Shown piece by piece: positions 47,300 to 63,397 of a stretch of DNA of 64,000 bases. The DNA comes from the human T2T-CHM13v2.0 reference genome, Homo sapiens. Each line of letters opens with the position of its first letter. Positions within the stretch are counted from its first letter, which is position 1. The DNA lies in the NCBI RefSeq assembly GCF_009914755.1, contig NC_060933.1. One strand, given 5' to 3'. A program made the position numbers and the translations under genes. The notes under the pieces were generated by a model that was not told the DNA's origin, made no database searches, and was given only the letters and a program-made list of their open reading frames with translations.

Positions 47300-48627
47300 G
47301 TGAACATTAAATCATTTCTTTAGTAGTAACCTTGCAAAGATAAAAATATACCAAAGTAAACATACAGTTCATAGATTACTAGTTGTCCTTTTTCTTTCCT
47401 GAATTTAATTGCCTGTATAAAAGTGTATAATCAGTTCATCTTGTTATTAAGATTTCTGAGGATGATAAAATAATATAAAATATTTGCTACTTGAAAAGTA
47501 AATGTTTATTTACTACTTTCAAGTTATTTGGTAATATTTTGTCTTAAAATTGGGAATAAATTTCTTAACCCTTTCTCAAAGGCAAAAAATAGAATTGTAG
47601 CAAGTGAAAAGAGAATTTCTTCTTCTTTATATATGATAAACATATGTAAATGAAAGTGAGTTTAAAAGCATATTAACCTAGCTCAGATCACTTACAATTA
47701 TCCTTTATAGAAAAATTACATTTAGTCAAAATGAAATATATATATATTTTTTCATTTCAGCTGAATTTGTCTCAGAACATGTGACATTTGAATGAGCACT
47801 CTACCATGTTTAAGAAACATGTATGTTATCGACCAGTCTTTGAGAGCTTATATTAATACTTCCTAATTCATACTTTGTGAAATCTCTTTTTCAATATGCA
47901 AGTTGTTCATACATATTGAACCCATTTTGTGTGACTACATTGAGGGTTTTTTTTCTCTTTCATTCTTCATTCACAATTACCTGAAGCTGTGCCCTATTTG
48001 AAGTTTAATCATATAATTCTCAAATAGTTTTATGATATTCTGTAAATCTAGTGCTTTACACATGATTAGAATGCAGTACACATGAAGCTCAGATTCTTTG
48101 TCATATAATATAGGTTACTCTTAAGGAGATAAATGTTCAGTTTAGATTATGTGTGTTCTAAAACAAAATAGGGTTTATGGGTATAGTTAACAATAAGCTA
48201 TAATTAATAATTTTAGTTTGCCTTAAGTTTAAACATTAAGTTTTAGTTTATGTTTATTCATTCAGAGTTAAACTGCTCTAAAACATGAAAATTATAATGT
48301 GTTTCTACCAAAAATAACGTCCAAATGACCTCAGCTAGCATTTAGCCTACTTGAAATTTATAAAGAACTTAGATAAACACCTAAGTTATTCTCTTATTCA
48401 TTTGTTTCCTCAATAGCAATTACTGAGCATTGCAATTAGCTAAGCATCATACTAGTACTTGTCTAACAGGAGACTGTTAAATGAGTTGCTATCCTTCAAG
48501 ACCCTTTCTCTAGTTAAGAAGGTAAGTAAGTAGTTAACTCTTGTGTTAATTGTAAATGTGTGGTTAGGCACAGGATATTATGGGCATTTTTGAGGAGCAA
48601 GTCTATCATCTTCCTCCTTTTGCATAA

Positions 48628-49725
<1,098 letters not shown>

Positions 49726-49797
49726 TCATGCTTTTAGTTCAGCTTATTCTCATCTAGGAACCTTTGTTCAAACCTGAAGATTAGATAAAAAATTATT

Positions 49798-50081
49798 GGC
49801 TGGGCGCGGTGGCTCACGCCTGTAATCCCAGCACTTTGGGAGGCCAAGCCGGGTGGATCACGAGTTCAAGAGATCGAGACCATCATGGTTAACATGGTGA
49901 AACCCTGTCTCTACTAAAAATACAAAAATTAGCTGGGTGTGGTGGTGCATGCCTCTAATCCCAGCTACTCAGGGGGCTGAGGCAGGAGAATTGCTTGAAC
50001 CTAGAAGGCAGAGGTTGCAGTGAGTCGAGATCGTACCACTGCCCTCCAGCCTGGTGACAGAGTGAGACTGTGTTTCAAAAA
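49798..50081 (+). mobile_element. Alu (Sc-like, short tail)
   Basis: TSD AAAAATTATT. Confidence 0.92.
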
Positions 50082-50217
50082 TTATTTATGTTTTTAATCA
50101 ATTCAGAATTAGAATTGCAAAGATCTTTGAGGAAAAGGTCAGTTGATGCATTTTTTCCTGTTTTCTATTTCCTAATGTTTCATTCATTCATACTTGTTCG
50201 TACACAGAAAGAGCCTT

Positions 50218-50509
<292 letters not shown>

Positions 50510-51269
50510 GTTAGAGCTTCTAGTTTAGCTAGTTTAATTACAAAATCCAAAGGAAGTACTTAGTAAATGTTTTATTGAATGATCTAATGAACTGATCTCA
50601 TTCAGCACCTGCCTGTGGAATATTTTTGTGTGTATCCTGTAGGAAAATATATTAATTAGTGATATAAAATACATTTTTCAGGTCATACACTTGACTTGTT
50701 GTAAGATCTTTGGTGGTAATAGTTCCCAAATAAAGTACTATTATTTTGCCTTTGCTTACTATTTGTCAAAGTTTGGATCATAATCCAAACTACAGTTAAC
50801 CTGTGTTTGTTAGAAGGTTATAAAGAAAGTATTTGGATATTTTGAAAAATATTTATTTTAAGATATCCAACTTTTGATGGATGACTTCAGCTGGCATGTA
50901 TTGTGGCGCCATTAAAATGAAGAAATGTTTTTCTTTGAACTGTATCTATCTTATATTTACATTTTTATAAAACTTTACTCTCTATTGCTGAAGTAAGATA
51001 AAGGAACAATAGTCTCTAGGACTAATTTAATGCATGATTTACACTTTGACAGCAGCATCCCCAAACATGAATCTTTGGATGAAACTGCATTTTAAAAGAT
51101 TTTTTCTTATGAATTATGTCTATCAAATGATTTGCAAATAATAGCTAGTTGAATTTTATTTTTAATAGTTTAGATTTTGATAATTTTATAAGACTTATGT
51201 AAACACTCTGCTGTTAGATATAATAAATTAAGCAAGTAAAATTAAAGCAGAAGGCTCATCTATAAAACC

Positions 51270-51977
51270 TTTTTTTAAAAAAATTATACTTTAAGTTCTG
51301 GGATACATGTGCAGAATGTGCAGGTTTGTTACATAGGTGTACATGTGCCATGGTGGTTTGCTGCACCCATCAACCTGTCACCTACATTAGGTATTTCTCT
51401 AAATGCTGGGTCAAATGGTATTTCTGGTTCTAGATCCTTGAGGAATTGCCACACTGTCTTCCACAATGGTTGAACTAATTTACCCTCCCGCCAACAGTGT
51501 ACAAGTGTTTCTGTTTCTCCACATCCTCTCTAGCATTTGTTGTTTCCTGGCTTTTTAATGATCACCATTCTAACTGGCATGAGATGGTATCTCATTGTGG
51601 TTTTGATTTCCATAATGACCAGTGATGATGAGCTTTTTTTCATATGTTTGTTGGCTACATAAACGTGTTCTTTTGAGAAGTGTCTGTTCATATCCTTCGC
51701 CCACTTTTTGATGGGGTTGTTTGTTTTTTTCTTGTAAATTTGTTTAAGTTCCTTGTAGATTCTGGATATTAGCCCTTTGTCAGATGGACAGATTGCAAAA
51801 AATTTTTTCCATTCTGTAGGTTGCCTGTTCACTCTGATGATAGTTTCTTTTGCTGTGCAAAAGCTCTTTAGTTTTATTAGATCCCATTTGTCAATTTTGG
51901 CTTTTGTTGCCATTGCTTTTGGTGTTTTAGTCATAAAGTCTTCGCCCATGCCTGTGTCCTGAATGGTATTGCATAGG
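51270..51977 (-). mobile_element. 5'-truncated L1PA (mid-age) with internal deletion
   Basis: ORF 51530..51949(-) is an ORF2 C-terminal fragment. 3'UTR jumps to ORF2 at ~51407. TSD-like ATAAAAC. Confidence 0.88.
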
Positions 51978-52674
51978 ATAAAACTATTTTTTCTGTAATT
52001 AATACTTAGTGGAAAGAGCCACTTATTGAAATTACTATAGGAAAATCAAAATTATTTGGTAATATTGAACATTTTACACTAAAGCTTTGGGAATCAGAAG
52101 GGGCAGCATTCACTGCTTTTATTAATTAAAGTGCCTAGTACAGAGTCTGGCACATCATGAATGACATATGGAGCTCAGGAGATTTTTATTGATTCTTAGT
52201 CTTTGGTTTAATGGTGTAATATAGTTAGTTTCTATGGACAATTAGGGAAAACACATGAATTCAATGACTAATGGTAGTTGAGGCAGTACTGAAAAATCCT
52301 TAACATAGTGTCAATACATATAAGAATCTCAGTTTGTTCCATGAATTTAACAGAGAATCATTGTGAAAGTAATTGAGAAAATTTGTACATCCTATTCTAT
52401 TTATTTTCACATCTTGGTCAATCTTTGAGGTTCTATTTACTCAGTTTCTGATGACTCTAACAAAAAACTTTAGTCATTCCCCAAACAGTTTATATATAAT
52501 AATTTTTAAGAAAGTCATTGTAAAATAAGAGTTTGAGGGAAGAACTTTGATTCAATGAAGAATAATTATAGAAAGCTATCATAGAAGTCTTTAACATAAG
52601 ATACACATTTTAGTTTAAGTTTCTTTTGAAATTATGTTTTGACATGAATCTCTTCCAATATAGTCTGTTAATTT

Positions 52675-53043
52675 CCCTCCCTCCTTCTTTCCTTCCTTCC
52701 TTCCTTCCTTCTTCTTTCTTTCTTTTACTTTCTTTTTTTTTTGACAGAGTCTCTCTCTGTCGCCCAAGCTGTAGTACAGTGCAGTGGCGCCATCTTTGCT
52801 CACTGCAACCTCTGCCTCCTGGGTTCAAGCGATTCTCCTTCCTCAGCCTCCTGAGTAGCTGAGATTACAGGCACCTGCTACCACTCCTGGCTAATTTTTG
52901 TTTTTTTTTTTTTTTTTTTTTTTTTTAGAGATGGGGTTTCACTATATTGGCCAGTCCGGTCTCAAACTCCTGACCTCAAGTGATTTGTCTGGCTCGGCCT
53001 CCCAAAGTGCTGAGATTAGAGGCATGAACCACTGTGCCCAGCC
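52675..53043 (-). mobile_element. Alu with (CCTT)n tail
   Basis: Alu body; TSD-like TTAATTTC. Confidence 0.92.
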
Positions 53044-54372
53044 TATTAATTTCTTATAATTAAATTATTAATAAATTTCTAATATGTCTTGCTGAAATCA
53101 CTAATATTGTTTTCTAGTTTTTAAGCAATCTCAATAAACATAATTAACTCATGTTCATATATGAGAAGGTACCAACATTATTAATTTTTAATCTCTTGTT
53201 TTGCTAACTTAAATTATTTATTTCACATACTTAACAATAGAAAGCTTTTTGTTCAAAGACATTAAGTAGTATTTGGATTGTTAACCAAATTAATATGAAA
53301 AACTCAAGTTCAAGACTAAATTATTCTCTATGTCTTAGAAGAAGAGATATAAATAGCTTCTATTTTGAAGATGGATAACCTGAGTTAACTGAATTTAAGT
53401 AACTAGATCAAAGTAAAATTTAGTTAACTTTGAGCAGCTAGATTTGAACTCTTATCAACACAGCATCCTACGTGTAATAGACTCTTCATGTATGGTTCTT
53501 AAATTGAAATGAACAAAATTGAACTCAGTAACCTGAGGTTTTTACTTTTACTTCATATATTAAACTATCCTACTTTAGCAAATTTGCATTATGTGTGATT
53601 TGTATATCTTCTAAAACTACTTAGGAAACATTTATTTTGAATGCCTTTGTCAACTGAATCCATTCTGCTTTTTCATCAAGCACTTTCATTTCTGTACGGC
53701 ATATAGAACACTTCTTGTTACAAACAAGACTCAAATACTTCTTAATAACTACTTAAGAGAACTATCCTAGTAGAAATATAGTGAAAGTAGAATGACAGAC
53801 TACCCATACTGCTAAGACAGCTAGAATTGCAGTAAAATAATGCAGACTCTATAAAGTATTATCTCACTGTTTAGATGAGAGGTCAAGAAACAGTTACTTG
53901 GTTTCTAAAAGATAAGGGCATCACTGTTAACATGTGGGAAAAGGAGACTGAAAGAAGCTAACTTTTGCTTTGTGTCCTTAAAAGGGCTGGGGCCCCACCA
54001 CCTAGGTTAACTTATTTCATCAAAATTTAAACCTCTTTTTTCTCTTCCATATTTTGCAGGAAAAAACTTGAATTAATTTCAATGGTGTTCTTAAGATAAT
54101 GCCACTAACAGGAGCAAGCTCCAAGAATGGAATTCAGATCTTTCTGATTACCATATGCCTACTCATATCACCTCACTATAATATTAGAGAGTATCTGTTG
54201 CCTCCACCACATAAGTATACAAGTTCATTCATACAGAAATATGAATAACAGTTATTAAAATATTTGAAATTCTCATGAGGGAAGAAACTGAAGAAGTTAC
54301 TTATTTTACTTTGAGAAACACAGTTTATAGTCATGTGCATATATCTTCTGAGGACTAAGAATTTCATCTTTA

Positions 54373-54807
<435 letters not shown>

Positions 54808-55397
54808 TTATAACCTCTTTAAGAGTTGTAAGCCTAGCTTTCCCATTCCAGTTCTTCATGGTACAACCCCAGAAGGTTAAACTATGCTCCTTCTAACATA
54901 GGGTCCAATCTCATTTTCTTCCTTATGTGTAATCCTTGTGCCTTAGTAAGTATTAATTATGAATTCATGTGCTAAATAATTGTTCTTACTCTGATTAATG
55001 TTCTTATACTAATTATATTTGCACTTTAATAAAATAATCATGGTTTATGTATAGATAAAACCTTATGCTGAAAAAGAAAATAATTAAAAACATGTAAGAT
55101 AGGTTTATGAATGTATACTAATTAACAACAGGGAAAGGAGTGAAACTATCTTAATGGTAAAATTTTGAAATTATGTGAGCAGCTTAAAAAATGCATTGAC
55201 TGAGTTGAATTTATCAAGCAAATGTATTCTGTGACTAGAGAAATTCTTTTTTCTGCTTAAATACATATTACAGATTCATTTATGTTTACACACTATTTTC
55301 TTTCAAATTTCATATTTAGATGGGTAACCTTTTATTTGAAACATTATATTAATACTTTCTTCAAACTTATATATACTTGCTTTTTTGTGTTCTACAG

Positions 55398-55519
55398 AGC
55401 CAAGAAAATGATGAGCTAAGAGATGCCCATGAAAAACGCAAGGAACGGCTACAGATGTTACAGACCAACTACAGAGCAGTAAAAGAGCAATTAAAACAGT
55501 GGGAAGAAGGCAGTGGCAT
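55398..55519 (+). CDS. CNTLN: Centlein coding exon (122 nt, phase 0->2): SQENDELRDAHEKRKERLQMLQ...WEEGSG(M)
   Basis: ttgtgttctacAG acceptor, AT|GTGAGT donor. Confidence 0.92.
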
Positions 55520-56895
55520 GTGAGTTACATAGCTCATAAAGGCATTTCCCTAAATATTAAATGGAATGGAGTAGCATTATATAGGTGTCTTAATGGCTTT
55601 TGTTTGGTTTTAAAGAAATTATTTGGTAGTCAAATCTTTATTGTGAATTTTTAAATGGAGAATATAACAAATTAAAACAGAGGAATGTGTTGGTAATAAC
55701 TATAGATTTTCCTCACATTTGCAGATATCATTAGCAGTCAATGATTATGAATTATTGTACACATTTTTAATATCAATGGAATAACTTAATAAAATTATGT
55801 AATTTAAAGCAAAAATGGTTAATATCCGTGTGATTGAAAAACTTGCTTTTAAATAAATAAAATACTGGTGTTAAAATGTTTATAACTCCAAAAGTATTTA
55901 AATTTTAGTGGAAAGACTAGAGAAATATGAAATTCACATATATAGTTAACTATCTTAAAACTACTTCAACCTAGTATGCAATTTGAAGATCTTTACTATC
56001 CATCAGTTTGTTCTCCAGCTTATGTGAATGAATTGGCGGTCTCAGTTCAATTGCTCTGAACAGGTGTTCAGATCTTGGTTAGTCGTAAGTGGCTCCCCTG
56101 TTAACTGTATCAACAGAGGGCAAAGGACTGAATGAGTACAGAAAATCTACTACCTTCTCATCTTTTGAGATGGATCCTTTAGGGCAATGTTGATGATACA
56201 CATTGGTCTGTTCTGTAGAGAAATACTGTTTCTAAATTGGCCAGTACGGCACTTTTACAAAATAAAAATGAAGAATTTGTTTTATGTTCAGAAAATGAAA
56301 ATGTAAAGGGCATTTGGCATCACTTGTAGATAATTGTCACATCTAATTTTTTTCTTTGATGAGTGGAAGTGTTTTGTATCACTTGTCAGTAAAGCAGTGA
56401 TAAAGCAGTTTGTCCTAGATTTATCCTCTGTTCACCCAGCTTAACTAATCATTAGAAGAGTGAAATCTACTTTCTGACATATTCACTGGTAATAGTTTTT
56501 TTAAAAGATAAAGGCATCTGTACCACATTCATCTTGGTTAGCAGCAAATTCCAGATGAGTTGGTTGCATATAGATTTTTTTGTATGCGGGGGGGACCGTT
56601 AAAATTCTACAGTGTCTGTTTTCATTACTACTAGACTGAATGGGAGCAATAGACCTTAGAATATCATGTGTCTGCTTAAAAGTTTGCTTTCCACAGTAGC
56701 AGTTTAGCTTCAAAAAATTATGATAGAGGGTTTTGATTTCTACATGCTTAGGTTTTAGGAAATTCATTCAATAAATGGTGAACTCGAGTTAGAAATTTGG
56801 TCAATAGATATTTTTAAATTTTAAGGAATGTATAAAATAATTTTTATTGCACTTCAGACATGTTAATTGAAAAAGCAACTTTGTTTTAAAAATAG

Positions 56896-57015
56896 GACTG
56901 AAATCAGGAAAATAAAGAGAGCAGATCCCCAACAACTTCGACAAGAAGATTCTGATGCTGTGTGGAATGAACTGGCATATTTCAAAAGGGAAAACCAGGA
57001 GCTAATGATTCAAAA
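56896..57015 (+). CDS. CNTLN: Centlein coding exon (120 nt, phase 2->2): TEIRKIKRADPQQLRQEDSDAVWNELAYFKRENQELMIQ(K)
   Basis: aaaatAG acceptor, AA|GTGAGT donor; phase matches the previous exon. Confidence 0.92.
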
Positions 57016-58224
57016 GTGAGTTTCATTTTTAACAATATGGACTTAGATAAAATACTTGGGAGAAATTTTTTCATGGCTTAAAAGCTATTGAAGAAACACT
57101 TTATAAAATTTGAAATAATCTGATTTTTGCCAATAAAAGTAAAGAAAAAAAGACTAGCTTTTAAAAATATATATATGTATTATGCAATAACAAGTTGCAC
57201 AGTTGCTAGCTCTAACAGAAACTGGATAATATGATCTAGGGATTGTGTTAATTAGTGTGGCTCTCATCTGTTGGAGGTGTCGCTCTTCATTAGCCTGTAT
57301 TTTAGACGCTGCCGTGCTTCATTTTTGGAATGAGGTGGAGAGGGGATAACCTAGCCAGCCATCCTTGTTTGATCTCCTAGATACATACGCAATGCAGAAT
57401 GCCTGAGCTCTCTTGGTTCCCTGCCCTGTCCTGCTAATCCCAGCTGAGCTCATTATGGTGTAGCCTTGCTGCTACTCTTGGAGCTGGAGCTGTCCAAGCT
57501 AATTACTGGTAGCAGCAGAACTGCCTGTTAAGGGTCTGGTGTGGATCTGCTAACATGGTCCTTGGTAGTGACCTGCAGAAGACACAAGGGAATTGCCTTC
57601 TTTCTTGCTGTGCCCTGCCTGTCCTTTGGGCTTACTGCTGATTTTTCCACATAGGTGTTTTAGCTGCCCTAAGTATAAAACTTGATGAAGGATACTCATA
57701 TTTTAGAAAACATACAGTTGGTCGCTTGATCTTATAATTCACAGGCTATTATATTCAGCCTGGCAAAGAAAGAACATTTATTTATTTAATTTTAAGACTA
57801 AAAGGAGTTAGACCAATATAATTAACCTCTTCTGCTACTTAACTATTTCTTCATTTAGAGTTAATGCCTGACACTCAAGCATACAGTTTTTTAAAGCCTA
57901 GATGTCTTTCAGATTGCTAGAATATAGCCTCATTATGGTGTAATGTAATTAAATGTCACTGAATTTTCTTAGCTGTAAATGAGAAGCTTATTTTATATAC
58001 TACATGATAACATGTATAACTTTTGTTTACAGCCTTTTCCATGTAATGATAAACTTTTGAGGAAATGACTAGACCATATGAGATTTAAATGTTGTATGCT
58101 CCCATTTACCACTTAAAGTGCAGTATACTCTATTAGTTCTAAATATTTGATGCTATAATGAAGGCTCTTATCTTGAAAACTATTTTATAGACTCATAGAT
58201 TTGTCTCAGAGGCATTTCCTAATA

Positions 58225-58590
58225 ATTTCAGTAGCTTTATTGAAATATAACTCACAAGTCATACAATTCACTTATATAACGTATATAATTCACTGGTATA
58301 TTCAGAGCTGCACCGTCCATTATCACAATCTATTTTAGATTTACAGTTTTATCACCCCCCGCTACTCTCCCCACCAAAGCCCATATGACTTTGTTGTCAC
58401 TCCCCAGCCCTCCCATCCATCCTGCCCAGCCCTAGGAAACTACTAATCTTCTTCCTGTGTTTACAGATTTGCCTATTCTAGACATTGCATATAAATGGCA
58501 TCATTTAGTACGTGGTCCTAGACTATCTTCTTTCACTTAGCATAACGTTTTCAAGGTTCATCCATGTTGTAAATGTATCAATGCTTTTAT
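58225..58590 (-). mobile_element. L1M (MA/MB-like) 3' fragment
   Basis: AGCTTTATTGAAATATAA...CAGCCCTAGGAAACTACTAATCT...TCAAGGTTCATCCATGTTGTA. Confidence 0.7.
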
Positions 58591-60572
58591 CTGATGATCT
58601 TTAATGACCCTTCTGTCTCTAAAAAAGAAAGTAATTTTGAATAAAGTGAATTAGTTGAGAGACCTAATCTAACTATTCAAGAAAATTTAGGAAGGATTAC
58701 CTATAAATGATTGATTTGGAGTTTATTTGTTAATGAAATAGAACTACAGAAAAAGTAATGAGGCCTTTTTAAAATTAGAGAACTCAGAATCCTGATCTGT
58801 TCACTTAGCAATATTTGCACTTTACAAATAGCTCCTTGAATTAAATGCCGTGTCATTCTTAAAGTGTGGAATTTTTCCCTGAAATATGTTAATATTCATT
58901 AATGTGAGAGCAATTTGTGAAATAGTTATTTTTTAGATCAGTCTTAATTTAGTAACAGGTAAGGAAAAAATTTTTAAAAGAATGCTAAAGAATGGAATAA
59001 ACTTTAACGTAAGCTTTTTTGGGGGAGGGTTGCATTATTTTGTGAAACATTTATTCAGGTAACAAACCTGTTTGAGCGCTGTGTGATAGTCAGTCTGCTA
59101 GGTCAATGAAATGAGAATACCAGACAGACTTTCTACTCTCAGGGAACTTACATGGAAACATGTTTAGTATTAAACATTCTTAATGAAATGTGATGTTAAA
59201 AATAAATGTCAAAAATGTTAAAAACTAATGTCCAAAAGTGTCATGATAAAACAATAAGGCATTAAATATCAGTGCTATAGTCATTCAAGTTTGTTTTGAG
59301 GACAGAAATTTTTTAACATTGTATGTAGTATGTTGAATGTTTAATGTGCAATTTTATGAGTTATATCATATATATAAATTTGAGTAACTACCACTACAAT
59401 CGGTATGCAAAATAGTTCTATCATCTCAAAAAATTTCCTCATCCTGCCCCTTTGTAGTCAAATCTTCCTACCGCCACTAATACCTGATTTGTTCTCCTTC
59501 CCTATAGCTTTGCCTTTTTCAGACTGTCATATGCACAGAATCATACAGGCTATTTACTTTCTGAGACTGGCTTCTTTCCGCATAATGTCTTTGAGATTCT
59601 TTTGGGTTGGTTAATCTAATATGTTCCTTTTTATTGCTAAATGATATTCCATTTTATGGATGGACCACCTTATCCATCTATTGAAGAACATTTGGGTTTT
59701 TTCTAGTTTTTTGCAATTATGAATACAGCTGCTATAGACAGGTTTTTGTGTGAACATAACTTTTATTTTTTAAGGGAAATGCCCAGGAGTTGCATTACAT
59801 TCTGTAGACTGCCCTTTCATTCTCTTACCTGTGTCTTTTGAATGGCAAAAGTTTTTAATTTTTATGAAATCCAGTTTCAAACCATATCATTTTTAAATTT
59901 TACATTGCTAGTGTATGGATATTTTGCATGCTGACATTTTAGCTTGCATTATTGATAGAGCTAAGTCTGCCATGTTATTATTTATTTCCTGTTTGTTTCC
60001 TCTGTTTCCCATTTAATTCCTTCATATGGGTTACTTAAGCTTTTTTTTAGAATTTCATTTTATTTTTTCTGTAGAGTTTTTGACTATATCTTTTTGAGTA
60101 GTTTTTTTTTTTAGTATTTGCTCTTGGTATTATATTATGCATACATACCTTATTACAGTCTACTGGTATCAACATTTTATTACTTTAAGTGGAATCTAGA
60201 AACCTTGTTTTCATTTACATACCTTTACCCTTCTCCATTATAATACAGTTATCTCAAATATTTTCTCTAATTACATTGAGAACCTCATCACAAGATGTGA
60301 TAGGTTTTGCTTCAACTGTCAAACATAATTATAAACCACAAAACATGGGTCGTCTCTTATGTTTACCCATAAGAGATAAATAATCTATGTATGGGTAAAT
60401 ATAATAGAGGTATTGTTTATCCTTTCTACTGTCCTCATTGCTAGTCTTCCAAGTTTCTTCTTTTATAGTTTTCTTTCAGTTTGAAGAACTTCCTTTAGAA
60501 TTATTAAAATAAGTTGGCTGGTAAGAAATTCTCTGTTTTCTTTTAAAATATCTGGATTTCTCCTTCATTATT

Positions 60573-61040
60573 TGTATTATTCTGTTTTCACAGTATAAAG
60601 AAATACACAAAACTGGATAATTTATAAAGGAAAGAGATTTAATTGACTCACAGTTCCACACGGCTGGGGAGGCCTCAGGAAACTTACAATCATGGTGGAA
60701 GGTGAAGGGGAAGCGAGGACCTTCTTCGCATGGTGGCAGAGGAGAGGAGTGAGAAGTGAAGGGGGAAGAGTCCCATATAAAACCATCAGATCTCACTAGC
60801 ATGAGAACACACCAGCATGAGATCTCACTAGCATGAGAACAGCATGAGAACTGCCCCCATGATCCAATCATGGGGAACACATGAGAACACACTAGCATGA
60901 GATCTCACTAGCATGAGAACTGCCCCCGTGATCCAGTCACCTCCCACTAGGTCTCTCCCTGAACACCTAGGGGATTATGGGGATTATGGGAATTACAATT
61001 CAAGATGAGATTTGGGTGGGGACACAGCTAGACCATATCA
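60573..61040 (-). mobile_element. THE1/MST (MaLR) solo LTR with internal tandem duplications
   Basis: TGTATT...GACTCACAGTTCCAC...GAGATTTGGGTGGGGACACAG...CATATCA. Confidence 0.88.
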
Positions 61041-61952
61041 CTACTGAATGGTATTTTCACCATATGTAGAATTATAACTTAGCAATTGTTTTTCTTCAGC
61101 ACTTGAAAAATTTGCTACTTCCTTTTGGCCTCTATTGTTTCTGATGCAACATGCACTGTTGAATCTTTGTTCCACAATAGGTAATGCATCATTCTGTTTA
61201 CTTGCTTTCAATCATTTTTCCTTTTCTTTACTCTTCAGAAGTTTGGTCATAACATGTCTTGGCATGGATTTGTTTGGGTTTATCCTATTTGGGTTTCTGT
61301 TTCTTGAATCCCTAGGTTTGTGACTTTTGTCAAATTTGGGAAATTTTTGTCATTATTTCTTTAAATCCTTTTTAAACCCTACATTTCTTTTCCTTTGACA
61401 GTTCTAATCACATGAATGCTAGATCTTTTATGATTGTCCTACAGGTCACTGAGGGTCTCTTCAATTTATTTTTCAGCCTTTTAACCTAATTTTGTCTCTG
61501 TTATTCAGATTTGGTAATTTCTATTGTGTCGTGTCTTCAAGTTTACTGATTGTCTCTTCTCTCATGAGCTCATGCAGCAAGTTTTTAATTTTGGCTATTG
61601 TAATTTTTAGTTCTAAAATTTCCATTGGGTTCTTCTTTATGTATAATTGTTTATTTGCTTAGAGTTTCTATTTAATTTATTTTAAGAGTGTTCTTTAGTG
61701 GTTCACTGGAGCATTTTAATCATGGCTGGTTTAAAGTTCTTGTCAAGTAATTCCGACATGTGTTATATCATGGTGGTGGCATCCTTTGAATATAATTTCA
61801 TCCTTTGATTATAGATTTTCCTTGTGCTTTGTATGATGAATTATTTTTTAATTGTCTCCTGGACATGTGGACTACAGATGTTTCTCAACCTACCTTGGGT
61901 TATGTCCGGATAAATCCATCATAAGTTGAAAATATCGTAGGTCAAAAATGTT

Positions 61953-62314
<362 letters not shown>

Positions 62315-62391
62315 TTAGCCTAGACTACCTTAAAATGCTCAGAACACTTCCATTAGTTTACAGTTGGGCAAAACTATCTAACACAAAACCA

Positions 62392-62697
<306 letters not shown>

Positions 62698-63084
62698 AAA
62701 ACCCATTTTATGATAACGCACTGAGTATGTCGTACGTCACTTATTGCCAGCCTGGGAAAAGATCAGAATTCAAAATTTGAAGTACGTTAAAATTGCAAAA
62801 GCTTTACACCATCATAAAGTTGAAAAATCGTTAAGGAGAAGCATTGTAAATCAGTGATTATGTGTATTCTATTTTGAGACTGTGGATCTTATTTAAATCT
62901 TTTATTTTAGCAGGCCTCTGATGATATCATGCCTGAGGGAGAAGGTCACGTCAATACTACTAGGAAAAGATGGGAGACTTACTCCTCCCTTTTACCTCTT
63001 TTCCTCTGCTGACATTGCATCGAGAGAGTTTGAAGGGGTTCCTGCTTAGTGTTGGTGAAAGTGCAGGCTTCTCACTCTGCTTTC

Positions 63085-63397
63085 TTTCTTTCTTTCTTTC
63101 TTTTTTTTTTTTTTTTGAGACTGAGTCTTGCTCTGTCGCCCAGGCTGCAGTGCAGTGGAGTGATTTTGGCTCACTGCAGCCTCTGCCTCCTGGGTTCAAG
63201 TAAATCTCCTGCCTCAGCCTCCCTAGTAGCTGGGATTATAGGCATGCGTCACCACGCCCGGCAAATTTTTGTATTTTCTGTAGAGATGGGGTTTCACCAT
63301 GTTGTCCAGACTGGTCTTGAGCTCTGACCTCAAGTAATCCACTTGCCTTGGCCTCCCAAAGTGCTGGGATTACAGGTGTGAGCCACCGTGCCTGGCC
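63085..63397 (-). mobile_element. Alu (S-type)
   Basis: TSD CTCACTCTGCTTTC. Confidence 0.93.

Noticed and set aside
56055-56072. Inverted repeat TCTGAACA-gg-TGTTCAGA resembling a steroid response element
   Set aside because: Spacer is 2 nt, not the 3 nt required; an 8-bp arm is within chance.
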